A stretch of 64,000 bases of DNA from Eledone cirrhosa (taxonomy: Eukaryota). The stretch spans positions 276,520,001 to 276,584,000 of the forward strand of contig OZ024741.1 in assembly GCA_964016885.1 (NCBI GenBank). The letters are read 5' to 3'. The notes beneath the pieces were generated by a model. That model saw only the letters and a program-made list of their open reading frames with translations, was not told where the DNA came from and searched no databases. The translations under genes were made by a program, and so were the position numbers. Below are positions 13,206-26,304 of this stretch, piece by piece; position 1 is the stretch's first letter; each line of letters opens with the position of its first letter.

Positions 13206-14144
13206 TTCTCTCTCTCTCTACCATATTTTAGCTACTAGACCCCTTGCTAGAACTTTATTAAGGAATTAGTATATACCACACACACACACACCACACCACA
13301 CACACTCTCACCCCTACCCTTCCTCTATATATTAACCCTTGGACATTTGCACAAGCATGCACACATACACACACACACACATGTTCAATGATGGTTGCAT
13401 ACATACATAAACAAACACACCCACACTCACATATGTACACATACACACTACTTGCAAAATCACTGTTGATTACATATGCACAAGCAGTCACACCTTATTG
13501 CATATTCACACACATACACAATTTACATACTTACTGAAGATCAGATGCATTTTACTTGCACACACACACACATGTATCCATGGATATACACACAGAAACA
13601 GTTGCCTCCACCACCACCATCACCATCAATATATGTAATTATGAACACATACACATGTACATGCACACTAGTACACACACACACATTTTCATATGCAGAC
13701 ACTTACTCACACACACTGTACATAGACACATATACACACAGACACACACATGCACATACTTGTTCACACCCACATGAACATGTAAACATAGACACACATG
13801 CACATTCACACACACTACATACATGCTAACACAGATACACATATGTGTTAACATCCCCATACATACATGCACACACTCACACATAGACAAGGATATACTT
13901 TTAAATCTGCCTGTCTTTCAATGTTTTTACATCCCCCTGCTTTTACCCCTCCATTGTAATAAATCTTATAACAAGTACGCGTATGCACGCACGCACACAC
14001 ACACACACACGATGTACATGTATACATTACATTTACATACGCCATATATAAATATCATCATCATCATACACACACACATATATATATACCATTATCATAT
14101 GCACACACACACATATATCTATACATACACACTTACGTATACAT

Positions 14145-14199
<55 letters not shown>

Positions 14200-14779
14200 A
14201 AAGTGATGGTTATATGCCTGTACAATTAATTGATATTGTCATTCGCATAAGTGCACCACACATGGCCTTTTGCAACTGATATGTTAGTATATTAATAACT
14301 ATAACACCAACAATAGCAGTTTTAATAATTATCTCAGTGGTAATAATAATATTAACACTAACTGCAAGAAGAATAAGAATCACACAATACAGGCAATGGG
14401 TTCTTCCAAGTCTTATTCAGTTCATTCAACTTGGCTGTAAGTCATTTAGTGATTTATTTATTTATTATTATTGTATGCTCTTTTATAACTTATATATTTC
14501 TGTGTATATTGTATATATTTCCGTGTGTATATTGCTGTTCTATATTTATGTGTATGTATGTATGTATGTATTTATTTGTGCATATGTGTATGTATATTTC
14601 TGTGTTTGTGTGTGGGTGTGTGTGCATGTATGTATGCAAATATTTCTGTGTGCGAGTATGTGAATGTATATTTATGTGTAGGTGTGTATGTACATGTGCA
14701 TATGTGTGTATATATGCATGTATGTATTTGTATATGTCTGTGTATGTATGTGCATACGTGTATTAAATGTACTCTGTGT

Positions 14780-15045
14780 TCAAATCCCATGAAATTAATG
14801 AGCATGCGGCTGAGGATTCGATAAACATGTGTACCCTTATTTTAGTTCTCAGGGAGATTCAGCATGATAGTGTTATTGATATGCCTGGCCCTTTTGAATT
14901 ACTTGTACAACTCAGCTGAGTGGTCCAGAGCAATGTGAAACAAAGTGTCTTGCTCAAGAACACAACACATTGCTGTCGGGAACTTGAATTCTCCACCTTT
15001 CCATTGTGAGAGGCAACACCCTACCTGCTAAGCTAAGCACCCTCA
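14780..15045 (-). mobile_element. tRNA-head SINE with gctgaatctccctgag tail
   Basis: Contains agtgtcttgctcaag and cagggagattcagc, the reverse complements of motifs at 17070-17360. Confidence 0.7.
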
Positions 15046-15699
15046 CACACACACATACACACACATCTATTTTTAGAGTAGTTTGTTTATTTTGAGGTTG
15101 ATAAAATAAAGTATCTGCCCAGGGGCAGTGAATTGACTGAATTCTTAGATCATCGGGTAAGATGCATTGTGGTATTTTTTCTGGCTCTTAGCATTTCAAA
15201 TTCAAATTCTGCTGTGACCTAACAATGTTCTAACAATTCGCCTATATATGTATCATCATCATCATCATCATCATCATTGTTTAATGTCCGTTTTCCATGC
15301 TTATATATATTCTTTTGTATGATTTCAGTCTCCCAAATTCCACCTGTAAGGTATTGGTTGATATAATATACAGACATATAAACATATCATCATACATACA
15401 TTTTTTAATGCTAGTATGTGTGAGACAAGTTGTCCCATTGTGAGACAAGCCAGGTCAGATGACCACATCTTGCTCATACAGAACTGATTTTAGTCTAATT
15501 TCTACAGCTGGATGCCCTTCCTAACGCCAACCACATGCAGTGTGTACTGGGTGCTTTTTGTCATGCCACATACGTGACCACTTTACAGTTTTTGTTGTAT
15601 GGCCATCATGGCCACTTTACAGTGTGAGCTAGGGACTTTGATGGGGGAGGTGTGTGGGGATTGGGGAGGTAGATATAGGGACATGTGATATAGGTATAG

Positions 15700-16380
15700 A
15701 AAGAAATGAAGCTTGCATGCTCCGATGGATGTTTAATAGTAATATACGTGAATGGCAAAGCATAAACGAACTGAGAGAGAAACTAGGAATAAGCAGAAAC
15801 AAATGATGTGTACAGGAGAAGAGATTACGTTGCTAAGGACATGTGATGCGTATGAACGATGACAGCTGCATAAAAAGGTGCTGAGCACTCAGTCGATGGA
15901 ACCCTTGGAGTGGGGAGACCCAGGAAGATTTAGGATGAGGTGATAAAAGCCGACCATGTCCAATTCCACCTCTCAAAGGTGATGACACAGTATTACAGAA
16001 GACCCATGTTCCCACAGGCACAATCCGAAGCTAAAGCATTATACAGTATGCCCCACCCCACCTTCCTATACATCTCCCATGAGGACAGGCCGAAGTAAGC
16101 ATCCAGTGAATACTGCAGCCCACACTGTAAAGTGGTCGTGTAGGTGTCATGACAAAAAGCACCGAGCCCACACTGTAAAGTGGTTGTGTAGGCATTATGA
16201 CAAAAAGCACCCAGTACACACTGTAAATGAGGTTGGTGTTAGGAAGGGCATCCAGCTGTAGAAACCAAGCCAAAATCAGTTCTGTATGAACAAGACATGG
16301 TCACCTGACCTAATATTGCCCACAACAGGACAACTTCTCTAACCCATGCTAGCGTGGAAGAATAAAACGGTGATGATGAT
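15700..16380 (+). mobile_element. Degraded RTE LINE 3' end (ORF end + 3'UTR + GAT tail)
   Basis: RNEACMLRWMFNSNIRE... with in-frame stops; the 3'UTR matches the element at 58343-59649. Confidence 0.85.
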
Positions 16381-17069
16381 CATACACACACACACACACA
16401 TGTGCACGTGATGGAAACCAACTGAGTAATGAGTTATCACAAGATTTGCTGGTTAATGAGCTATCACAAGAGCCAAACTGATTATTTTATATATATAGGC
16501 ACCCCTTGAAATATGTCACTTAAAATTACATATGGCCATTTCGTCTTGATATCCATTATGTTTCAGCAGTCAAGTTAAAAAAATATCTACATCTGTGTTC
16601 CTACATATCTTGGAACAGCATCATCATCGTCGTCATCATCATCATCATTATCACATGTCCATTGTAAGAAAATAATTAACAACAACTACACTTTCCTCCT
16701 TTCTCTCTTTTTCTAACCTTTATTATTTATTACAGAAAATCTTGTACTTTAAAAAAAAAATTGCTGTTTCTATAGCCTTGTAGGATCTTGATTTATTTTA
16801 TATTTGCCTTGGCCCACATGACGTAAAAACATTTCCAACTCTGCCCATCTCCTGAAAAGTTTGTCAACTCCAGCTATAAAATACTATCTGGAAAATGTAT
16901 TGGTGTGTTGTATACTATCATAAATTGTTGTTTGTTTTTTATAAACAGTATTCCTGTTGTAGTATAAAATGAAATATAATATTAGTAAGCAAATTACCGA
17001 AAGAAAAAGTGAAATGTATAAAAATATGTACATAAAACAAAATTAATTGTGTTACATAATACATAGGGA

Positions 17070-17360
17070 AAGTGCATTGTTTAGTGGTTAGGATGTTCTG
17101 TTCATGATAGTTAGCTTGTGAGTGTGATTCCCAGACTGTGTGGTGTTATGAACTTGAGCAAGAAGCTTTACTTCACTTTGCTTCAGTCCACTCAGCTGGC
17201 AAAAAGTAGTTGTACTTATAATTCAAGGGGACACACATTGTTTCATGCTGAATCTCCCAAGAACTACATTAAACGTGTTTGTGGAATGCTCAGCCACTTA
17301 CACATGAATTTCATGAGCAGTCAGTTCTAAATCAACTGAAACACTTGGAAGTCCAACAAC
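17070..17360 (+). mobile_element. tRNA-head SINE with gctgaatctccc tail
   Basis: ttagtggttagg...cttgagcaagaagctttacttcac...gctgaatctccc...ggaatgctcagccactt. Confidence 0.7.
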
Positions 17361-17985
17361 AATGTAGTACATTATATATCATTCAATTGAATTAACCGAC
17401 AAGATCCCAGATCTCATTCTCTTACTGAGTGGGGTGGAACTCCCCAAATTGAACCAAAGAAACAATGTTTCCATTGTTCTTTCTACCGCTGGTACTATCT
17501 ACCAGCCATAACTCCTAGCAGAAAGAACAATGTGAAATAAAGTGCCTTACTGAAAGACATAACACATCGCCTTGTCCAGGAATTGAACTCGCAATCTCAC
17601 AATTATGAATCTAATTCTCAAATAATGTATATGTCTGTTTTTTACAGCTATATTGACTTAGAACTGGTTGGTGGGATTTGAACCTTGACATAGATTAGGG
17701 AATAACTATATAATGTAACTTCCATTGTCTCTCTTGTTCCATAACATTCTCACTTTCCCTCTTGTTCCATACTATCCCTTCTTTCTCCACACCATTCTTT
17801 CTTGTTCCATACCATTTTTTCGACCCCTCATCTTTTATACTGCCCTCTCTTTTTCCTTTTATACCATTCTCACATTCTCTCTTTCACCACCTTCAAATTC
17901 TATCTCTCTCTCTCAATGTAACCATTTCTCTATCTCACTCATTCATTCACTCTTTCTCTCTATTACAGAAAGCCCTTTGAGAAGA

Positions 17986-18000
17986 ATGCTACAGAGATAG
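17986..18000 (+). promoter_or_regulatory. Short uORF (MLQR*) ending 11 nt before the MGAT1 start codon
   Basis: ATG CTA CAG AGA TAG lies inside the exon if the acceptor at 17968 is used. Confidence 0.4.
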
Positions 18001-18011
18001 GCGACAAGAGG

Positions 18012-18107
18012 ATGCGCCGTAAGCACGTGGTGGGTGTTGTCATCACTGTGTTCCTCTCATGGAACCTCCTTACATACTACGTCCTTGTATCTCGTCAGCA
18101 CGGAAAG
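18012..18107 (+). CDS. MGAT1: MGAT1/GnT-I coding exon 1 (cytoplasmic tail + transmembrane anchor)
   Basis: ATG at 18012 gives MRRKHVVGVVITVFLSWNLLTYYVLVSRQHGK, a basic tail plus hydrophobic helix typical of type II Golgi enzymes. Donor AAG|gtaagc, phase 0. Preceded by a pyrimidine tract and tattacag (17968), which suggests an upstream 5'UTR intron. Confidence 0.85.
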
Positions 18108-18858
18108 GTAAGCTTTACATAATGACTACATGTAGTGGCTACATGTTGTAAAACCTCTTTACATACTACGTACTTTTATCTTGTCAGCATGGAAAGGTAA
18201 GCTTTATATATTGGCTACATGTTGTAAAACCTCCTTACATACTACATTCTTGTATCTTGTTAACATGGAAATGGTTGTACTGGTGCCATGGCAAAAAGCA
18301 CCCCCAGGTTCACCTGTAAGGTCGTACGTAGTGCTGGTGCCACGAAAAAGACTCCCAGTACATGCTATAGAGTGGTTGACATTTAGAAGGGCATCCAGCT
18401 GTAGAAAATCAAGAGAAAAACAGATCTGTGTGAGCAACACATGGTCACCTGTCCTGTGTAGCCTCATAGTGTGACAACCCGTCTAATCCATGCAAGCATG
18501 GAAAATAGACGTTAAACAGTATCTTGTCAGCATGGAAAGGTAAGCTTTACATAGTGGCCTCATTTAACTACATCTTGGCTACACTGATGATGATGATGAT
18601 GATAAAGATCATCATCATCATGATTGTATGATTAGTGTTTCATGCTGGTATGGGTTGGACAAGTCGTTACAGCTCAAGTCAGTACTTAATCAGAGTTACT
18701 GTCATTCTAGACAAGCTGGGGTCCATATCTTACTTATATTAAAAGCAGTTTTGGCATGGTTTCTTCAGCTAGATGCCAACCACTTTACAGAATTCAATTT
18801 ATCATAGCACCAACACTAGGGAGGTTGTAATGTCCCTGACGCAACTAAAGTGTACTCT

Positions 18859-19185
18859 CATCATCATCATTTTACATCCGCTTTTCCCTGCTTGCAAGGG
18901 TGGGACGGGAACTGATTCTGGCTTGATTTCTACAGCTGGATGCCCTTCCTAACACCAACCTCATTTACAATGAGTGCTGGGTGCTTTTTTGCCGTGGCAC
19001 CTCCACGACCACTTTGCAGTGGAATGATAGGGACCCCAGTCCCTATCATCTCATTTCTACAGCTGAGTAAACTGGAGCAATGTGAAATAAAGTGTCTTGC
19101 TCAAGGAAACAACACATTACCCGGTCCGAGAATTGAACTCACAACCTTTCGATTGCAAGCCCAATGCTCTAACCACTAAGCCATA
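18859..19185 (-). mobile_element. tRNA-derived SINE family A with RTE-derived tail
   Basis: Near-identical reverse complement of 59669-60006. Confidence 0.9.
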
Positions 19186-19949
19186 AAGAAATAAGTAGAG
19201 AAATGAATGGGTAAGTTGATGGTTGGGAGTCTGTTATGTTTGCCCAATAGTGACTCCCTTGTTTGCCCAGCAGGGACTCCTCCATTTACCCAGTATGGAT
19301 TCTCCTGTTTACTCAGAATGTGCACACTTGTTTGCACATAACCTCCCTCCCTATTTACAGTAGAGACACCTTTGTTTTCCCAATAAAGCCTACCTCATTT
19401 GGCCATTAAAGGCTCCTTTATTTGCACAGTAGCGGTTGCCATGTTGGCTCCCAGAAACTTGGTATGTAAAAATAGTAGTCATTCTCTCTCTCTCTCTCAA
19501 TAGGATTTAAAAACTCATCATCAGTCTGACAGCCACAAGATGAAATCAATGGTGTCAGTGAGGATGATAGTGGGGCTGGGTGTGGATATGGGGTAGGAAT
19601 AGTTAATCACTTCCTTTTGATGTAAGCCAAAATTTTATCTCTCAGATTATGGGTAAACCATTATCTTTAAATATCTTTGTCTAGTCAGTCCTAGATTATA
19701 TTTCACTATCACTGCTATCATTGTCGTCATGGAAGCACCATTGTGATATGTGCTTCAGAAAAAGGGGATTTCGTTGAGTTTTTTTTTTATCAACAGCCTC
19801 CCCACCCTAACTACCCTCCTAGTTTGCTTTCTATTGTTATATTGCATCTGTGTGATATATTATTATTATACCAGTAATGTACTGAGTAATTGCTGGCCTT
19901 GTGCCAAAAGTAGAAACAATTATTATTATTATTATATGCCTTTTGAGGA

Positions 19950-20480
19950 CGGTGGATTGGCAGTATCGGTAGAGGGTTGGACGCCATGCTTTGCAGCAGA
20001 GTAATGTCCCTTTATGATCTGAGTTCAAATATCGCCTTTCATCCTTACGGGGTCGATAAAATAAAGTACCAGTCATGCAATGGGGTCAATTTAATCGACT
20101 TTCCCCTCCCCCCAAAATTGCTGGCTTTGTGCCTTCATAAGATACCATTGTGGATTGGCAGTATCGGTAGAGGGTCGGATGCCATGCTTTCCAGCATAAT
20201 TACGTCCCTTAACGATCTGAGTTCAAATCCCGCTGAGGTTGACTTTGCCTTTCATCCTTACGGGGTCGATAATGCACTGGGTAATTGCTGGCCTTGTGCC
20301 AAAAAGTAGAAACAATTATTATTATATGCTTTAAGGCAGTGGATTGGCAGTATCAGTAGAGCATCAGTGAGCATGCTTTGTGGCATATAGTTATGGCCCT
20401 TTATGTTCTGAATTCAAATCCCACTGAGTTTAACTTTGCCTTTCATCCTTACAGGATCAATAAAATAAAGTACCAGTAGC
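19950..20480 (+). mobile_element. Cluster of three SINE family B copies, head-to-tail
   Basis: Repeated ggattggcagtatcggtagag...gagttcaaatccc...gcctttcatccttacggggtcgataa. Confidence 0.9.
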
Positions 20481-20734
20481 GCAAGCAGTTTTTGATTTTG
20501 AAAAATTATTGCTTTTCCTTCATCATTGTCATCATCACCATTTTTATGTCCATTTTTCCTTGTTTATATGAGTTAGACAAGTTTTCTTCAGTACACCATC
20601 TCTCCATTGGTTTCTTTCTTTTGTCATCTCCTTTTTCACTAAGACTGGGCAGCCTGAATCAATGATGTCTTTTTTTCTACAGTCAACACTACATTGTCTC
20701 AGTGGGTCCATCTTTTTATTTTTTAAAGTTATTA

Positions 20735-21110
20735 AAGTGATGACTTATGGAAGTCAGACATGGGCGCTCAACATCACCACTGCAGAGACTCTTGCTGTGG
20801 TCCAATGTAAAGTGGAGCAAATCATGCTCGGCATCACATTATGTGACGGAAAGAGTAATATCTGGATTTAACAGCATCAAGGACAAACATAGATGGGCTG
20901 ACCACATCTCTCGTCTCAGAGACAACAGGTGGACTATTAGTGACAGAGTAGACACCAAGCCACTGGAGAAGAACTAGAGGGCAGCCAAATGCAAGATGGA
21001 GCAGTGATCTAACCCAGTATCTCAGCCCTACTTGGTCCAGTATGGCCAGAGATAGGAAATGGTAGAGGTCAACCACAGAAGGGTTCTTCCAACAGGAGTG
21101 AGAAGGATCT
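20735..21110 (+). mobile_element. Degraded RTE-clade LINE C-terminal fragment (different family)
   Basis: VMTYGSQTWAL...VEQIMLGITLCDGKSNIWI and KHRWADHISRLRDNRWT, typical RTE C-terminal motifs, with frameshifts. Confidence 0.8.
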
Positions 21111-21798
21111 GGATTTGGAAAGTAATTTGTAGATTTTGCTGCTATTTCTAGTCATTTGAACCACCACATAATGGATCCCTTGTGAGAATGCTTGAGATAT
21201 GTGATGTCAAATGTCAACTTTTCCTTCTCTCTTCTAGTGATGATGTGTGGCCTAGTGGTTAGTGTTGAATTTGTGGATATAATATTGTGAGTTTGATTCC
21301 TAAACTGGGTAGCATATTATGTTCTTGAGAAAAACACTTCATTTCATGTTACTTCAGTCAACTCAGCTGAAAATGTGTACCAGTAGCAGCAACTGAGAGT
21401 TAACCCTGTTGTGGATTGGCGTCCCATCCAGGAAGGGTCTTGTGCTTTCAGTTGTTTAACACCAATGAACACCAATGAACTGCCAGGCTTGGAACAGACT
21501 TTAAATTTTTAACACTCCACTTCCATCATCTTATCATTAAAGCTAATTCCAGATTTTCTTTACATCCACTTATCTTTGAACTTTTGCCATCATCATCATC
21601 ATCATCATCATCATCATAAACATTGTAAAACCTCCTTACATACTACATCCTTGTATCTTGCTAACATGGAAATGGTCATACTGGTGCCATTACAAAAAGC
21701 TCCCCCAGTTCATCTGTAAGGTGTCCACCATTATCATCACTATCAATTTAAACATTATTGCTGTTGTATAAACTGACATTCTCTTGACCTCCTTGCAG

Positions 21799-21916
21799 CT
21801 GGATTCACCAGAGACCATACGAGACCGGTTGAAGAGGATAGAGGAAGACATTCACCAACAAATGGACGAAAACGAGAAATTGCTGAACCAACTCCAAAGA
21901 TACAGAAGGATACCTG
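21799..21916 (+). CDS. MGAT1: MGAT1 coding exon 2 (coiled-coil stem)
   Basis: ccttgcag|CTG...CCTG|gtaagt, 118 nt, phase 0 to 1. Encodes LDSPETIRDRLKRIEEDIHQQMDENEKLLNQLQRYRRIP and joins exons 1 and 3 in frame. Confidence 0.8.
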
Positions 21917-21926
21917 GTAAGTGACA

Positions 21927-22370
21927 ACATCATCATCACCTCCGTTTAAAGCCCATTTTTTCCACGCTGGCACGAGTTAGACGAGTTGTCCTGTTGTGAG
22001 TAATGCTAGGTCAGGTGATCCTGTCTTGTTCGTACAGAACTGATTTTGGTTTGGTTTCTACAGCTGGATGCCCTTCCTAACACCAACCTCCTTTACAGTG
22101 AGTGCTGGGTGCTTTTTGTTGTGACGTCTACACGGCCATTTTACAGTGTGGGCTGGGTACTTTTTTACCATGTTGCCATCACGACCACTTTACAGTGTGG
22201 GCTGGAGACTTCACTGGATGTATGTTTCAGCCTGTCCTCATGGGATGGTGGGTGGGGTGGTGCATACTATATATCTGCTTCAGTTTTGGCCTGCGTCTGT
22301 GGGAAGTCTGGTCTTCTGTAATTCTGTGTAATGCCAGAGATTTCGGTCATGTGTCATCTTGTTTCCAGAC
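21927..22370 (-). mobile_element. RTE LINE 3' end, antisense, directly after the exon 2 donor
   Basis: Starts (cat)n...; contains ttctacagctggatgcccttcctaacaccaac, as in the 58.3 kb element. Confidence 0.8.
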
Positions 22371-22975
22371 TATTGTTTGTCTGTTACTGGTGTGATTGAT
22401 ATCAGTTTTTTTTTTTAGATGGGTTGGATGGGTTTTCTATGTCTGAGGCTGGTACCAACTCCAACACTAACATTTTACAAGGTGTACTGGGTACATTTTA
22501 TCATGGCACTAGCACTAGAGAGGTTGTCATATGCTTGGTCAATCTAAAGAGTCTTCTCAAACACACCACTGTCTCTATTCAATTGCCAGACTCTCTAGCT
22601 TTCAGAATCTCATCATGGTTACCTCTAATGTCACAGTGCTTTCTCCATAGATACAAAATACACACACACACTCACACACATACGTACACACACTCACACA
22701 CATTCATGTACACACACATACACACTCACACTCATACATACACAGACACACTCATTCACATACTCATACACAAACACACACATTGCTATGTGTATCTGTT
22801 TTAGAATTGGTTCATTCTGTCCCTGCGTGTCTTTAAGAGGTGACAATAATGGTTGGTACCAGTGTTTGAACATCTAGGGTTGCTACCAGCTAAGGTATCC
22901 GGTTGTAAAACATTGCCTAAAAAAGGACCTCAGGATTAGTATGAAGCCTGTCATGAGTCCCCTACAAGTATAGAG

Positions 22976-23395
22976 CAGTGATTCCAACCATGGGGTGCAC
23001 ACCCCACAGGGTGAAAATTTGAATATTGGGGCGGGAGGGGGGCTTTGAAAATAATGTTGATGAGAACAAACTTGACATTTTACCTTATTAATTTTACACC
23101 AAGGCAACTTTGTTACACATTACTGTCAGAAACTCCTGTCTCACCTCCCCCTCCACACATATTGTTGTGCATCTGCACCTCGTATATGCCAATTTGTTTA
23201 CACTTTGCAGTTGATCATTGCAGTTTTCATATCAAAAGTGGGGTGAATCATAACAATTTCTAAAATGTTGAAGTGGGGCATGGTTCACAAAAGATTGGAA
23301 ACCACTGGATTTATAGCGATTTTAGAACTCGATGTAGTGTTGCTGTTATGTTGCTGAATAGAGGGGCATGGTGCACAAAAGTTCGGGGACCACTG
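22976..23395. mobile_element. hAT/Charlie-like non-autonomous element
   Basis: CAGTG...CACTG termini with 8 bp flanks gtatagag / gtattgag (7/8 identical). The right end is duplicated (extra cactg end at 23307). Confidence 0.7.
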
Positions 23396-25219
23396 GTATT
23401 GAGGGTGATCTTAAAATGTTTGTTTTTTTCTGTTTGACTTTTATTGGTTTGTTACTTGTGTGTTTATAAAGTCTGAGTGTTTTGGGCACAACTGTGGAAT
23501 TTAAGATGTTTTGTAAACTCCTCTGTTGCTCTGGTTGGTATTAATGCCAACCATTTTTAGTCACATCATATGACACGCAGGGATACAGTGTAGCTATTCT
23601 AAACCATGTACAACAACAACAAACATTTTAAGAGTTCTATCTCTATTAAAACAGTGGTTAGCCTTGTAGTCGTCATGACAGCCTTCATAATCATCATAGA
23701 ATCTTTTTTGAGGCAATATTTCATGGCTGGATGCTCTTACATTGGTGCCAACCACCTTTGTCAGCTCTTAAATCACACAGGGATAGAGTGTATCTATTCT
23801 TAACCAGATACACACAGCTGTGTGTGTATATATGTATTTATATATGTGTGTATATTTGTATAAATGGATGTATATTTGTATGTATATTTGTGCATACATT
23901 TATGTATGTGTGTAAGTATATTTGTATGTGAATTTATGTATATATGAATGTATATGTGTGTATGTATTATATGAAACAATTAGAAAGACTATTTTAATCA
24001 AGGCAGTGAACTGCTCTGATCAACACAGGTGGCAGTTTCCCACCTTTGTGAAGGTGGTTTGTACCACACACGTTTTTTTTTTTATTAAAAATTAAATTTA
24101 GCACTACTTTTTTTATAATATTTTTTAATTATTCCATGTAATTATTACTGTGTTGTATTTAAAAAATGTTAAACTGTTATTCTATGACATTTATCATATA
24201 ATATATTTCACCCCTCCCACTTCTATAGCTGTTTTATTTTTATTTTTTCAATATACCTCATTTGTCTCACACTTCTTTGTAATTGCTTCCCTTTTCTTTG
24301 TCCTCCATTTTTTTTTTATTGTTTCATCTTTTGTGTGGATGAATGAAGATTTATTTCTACATTCCATTATTGACTAAATAATGAAAGACAAATATTATTA
24401 TCATTAGTCTTATTTTCATTGCATGCTGTTACTGCATTACTGAGTACAGCTCTGTGTACCTTGGGTATGTGCAGTACTGTTTTTGGTGGCTTTGCTTCTA
24501 TTGTTCTAGTTATGTATCTCCACTTTTTTTATTATTCCCGGATCACCTATTGTTAATAGTGATTATTTCTACCTTCATCATCTAGATTCAGGTTATTTCT
24601 ATCTCAATTTCTTTGATAGATATTATTATTATTATTATCAGGGCAGTGTATTGACAGTATTAGTAATCCTCAGACATTCTGAGTTCAAATCCTGCCAAGG
24701 TTAGTTTTGCCATTCATTCTTATAGGAGTTGATAACATAATGTACCAGTAATGCACTGAGGTCGATTTGATTGACTTCCTCACCCCCCAAATTGTTGGCC
24801 TTGCACCTAAATCAGAAACTACTACTACTACTACTACTACTAATATTGTCAGCACCATGCTCAAATTTCTGCATATTTGGTATAGATTTTCATCTCCATC
24901 GCTTTGTCCGAGAGAAATCAATGAAATTAGTTGTGGCTCATTATTTAATCAAGATAACAAGGTTTTTTTTCTTTGCTTTTGTTATTGCATTGTATTGTGT
25001 TATTATTGTATAGTGTTGTGTTAGAATTTGTTGTTGCCTGTACATGTTGGTCTAGTTACTGTTGTTAGGGGGAGTGGTGGCTGGTGTGCTGCTTACATTT
25101 ACTGTTACGGAATGACGATAATTCTTCTCTTATATTTCTGCACACAAACACAAAAACAAGATAATATTATGCGTACACTGATGCATATGTAATGCATTCA
25201 TGTACATACATAAATACGC

Positions 25220-25231
25220 ACACACATATAT

Positions 25232-25268
<37 letters not shown>

Positions 25269-25420
25269 TGTATATATATATATATGCATGTATATATATA
25301 TATATATATGCATGTATATATATATATATATGCATGTATATATATATATATATGCATGTATATATATATATATATGCATGTATATATATATATATGCATG
25401 TATATATATATATATGCATG

Positions 25421-25451
<31 letters not shown>

Positions 25452-25604
25452 ATATATATATATGTATGTATATACATATATGCATGTATATATATATATA
25501 TGTATGTATATATATATATATATGTATGTATATACATATATGCATGTATATATATATATATATATGCATGTATATATATATATATATGTATGTATATATA
25601 TATG

Positions 25605-25638
<34 letters not shown>

Positions 25639-25736
25639 TGTATGTATATATATATATATGTATGTATATACATATATGCATGTATATATATATATATATA
25701 TGCATGTATATATATATATGTATGTATATATATATG

Positions 25737-25771
<35 letters not shown>

Positions 25772-26134
25772 GTATGTATATATATATATATATGCATGTA
25801 TATATATATATGTATGTATATATATATACATGCATATATATATACATATGCATATATATATATATATATATGTATATGCATATGTATATGCATATGTATA
25901 TGCATATATATATATATATACATGCATATATATATATATATATATATGTGTATATGCATATATATATATATATATATATGTGTATATGCATATATATATA
26001 TATATATATATATGTATATGCATATATATATATATATATATATATGTATATGCATATATATATATATATATATGTATATGCATATATATATATATATATA
26101 TGTATATGCATATATATATATATATATATATATA

Positions 26135-26168
<34 letters not shown>

Positions 26169-26240
26169 TATATATATATATGTATTTATTTATATATGCA
26201 TACATACAAATACATATATATATATATATATATATACACA
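25220..26240. repeat. ~1 kb compound (TA)n microsatellite interrupted by GCAT/GTAT
   Basis: Alternating purine-pyrimidine sequence throughout; stop-free in all six frames. Confidence 0.97.
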
Positions 26241-26304
26241 TGCATCATCCCCATACACATGCATTTGTATGTTCTCAGATCAATAATCCAGTGTGTTATT
26301 ATTG

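Noticed and set aside
1-17968. MGAT1 promoter or non-coding first exon
   Set aside because: No recognisable promoter or supportable exon; it may lie here or upstream of the window but cannot be located from sequence alone.
24430-24620. Second REL-LINE relic on the minus strand (KEIEIEIT...IGDPGIIKK-like)
   Set aside because: Too decayed to support confidently by eye; not listed as a feature.
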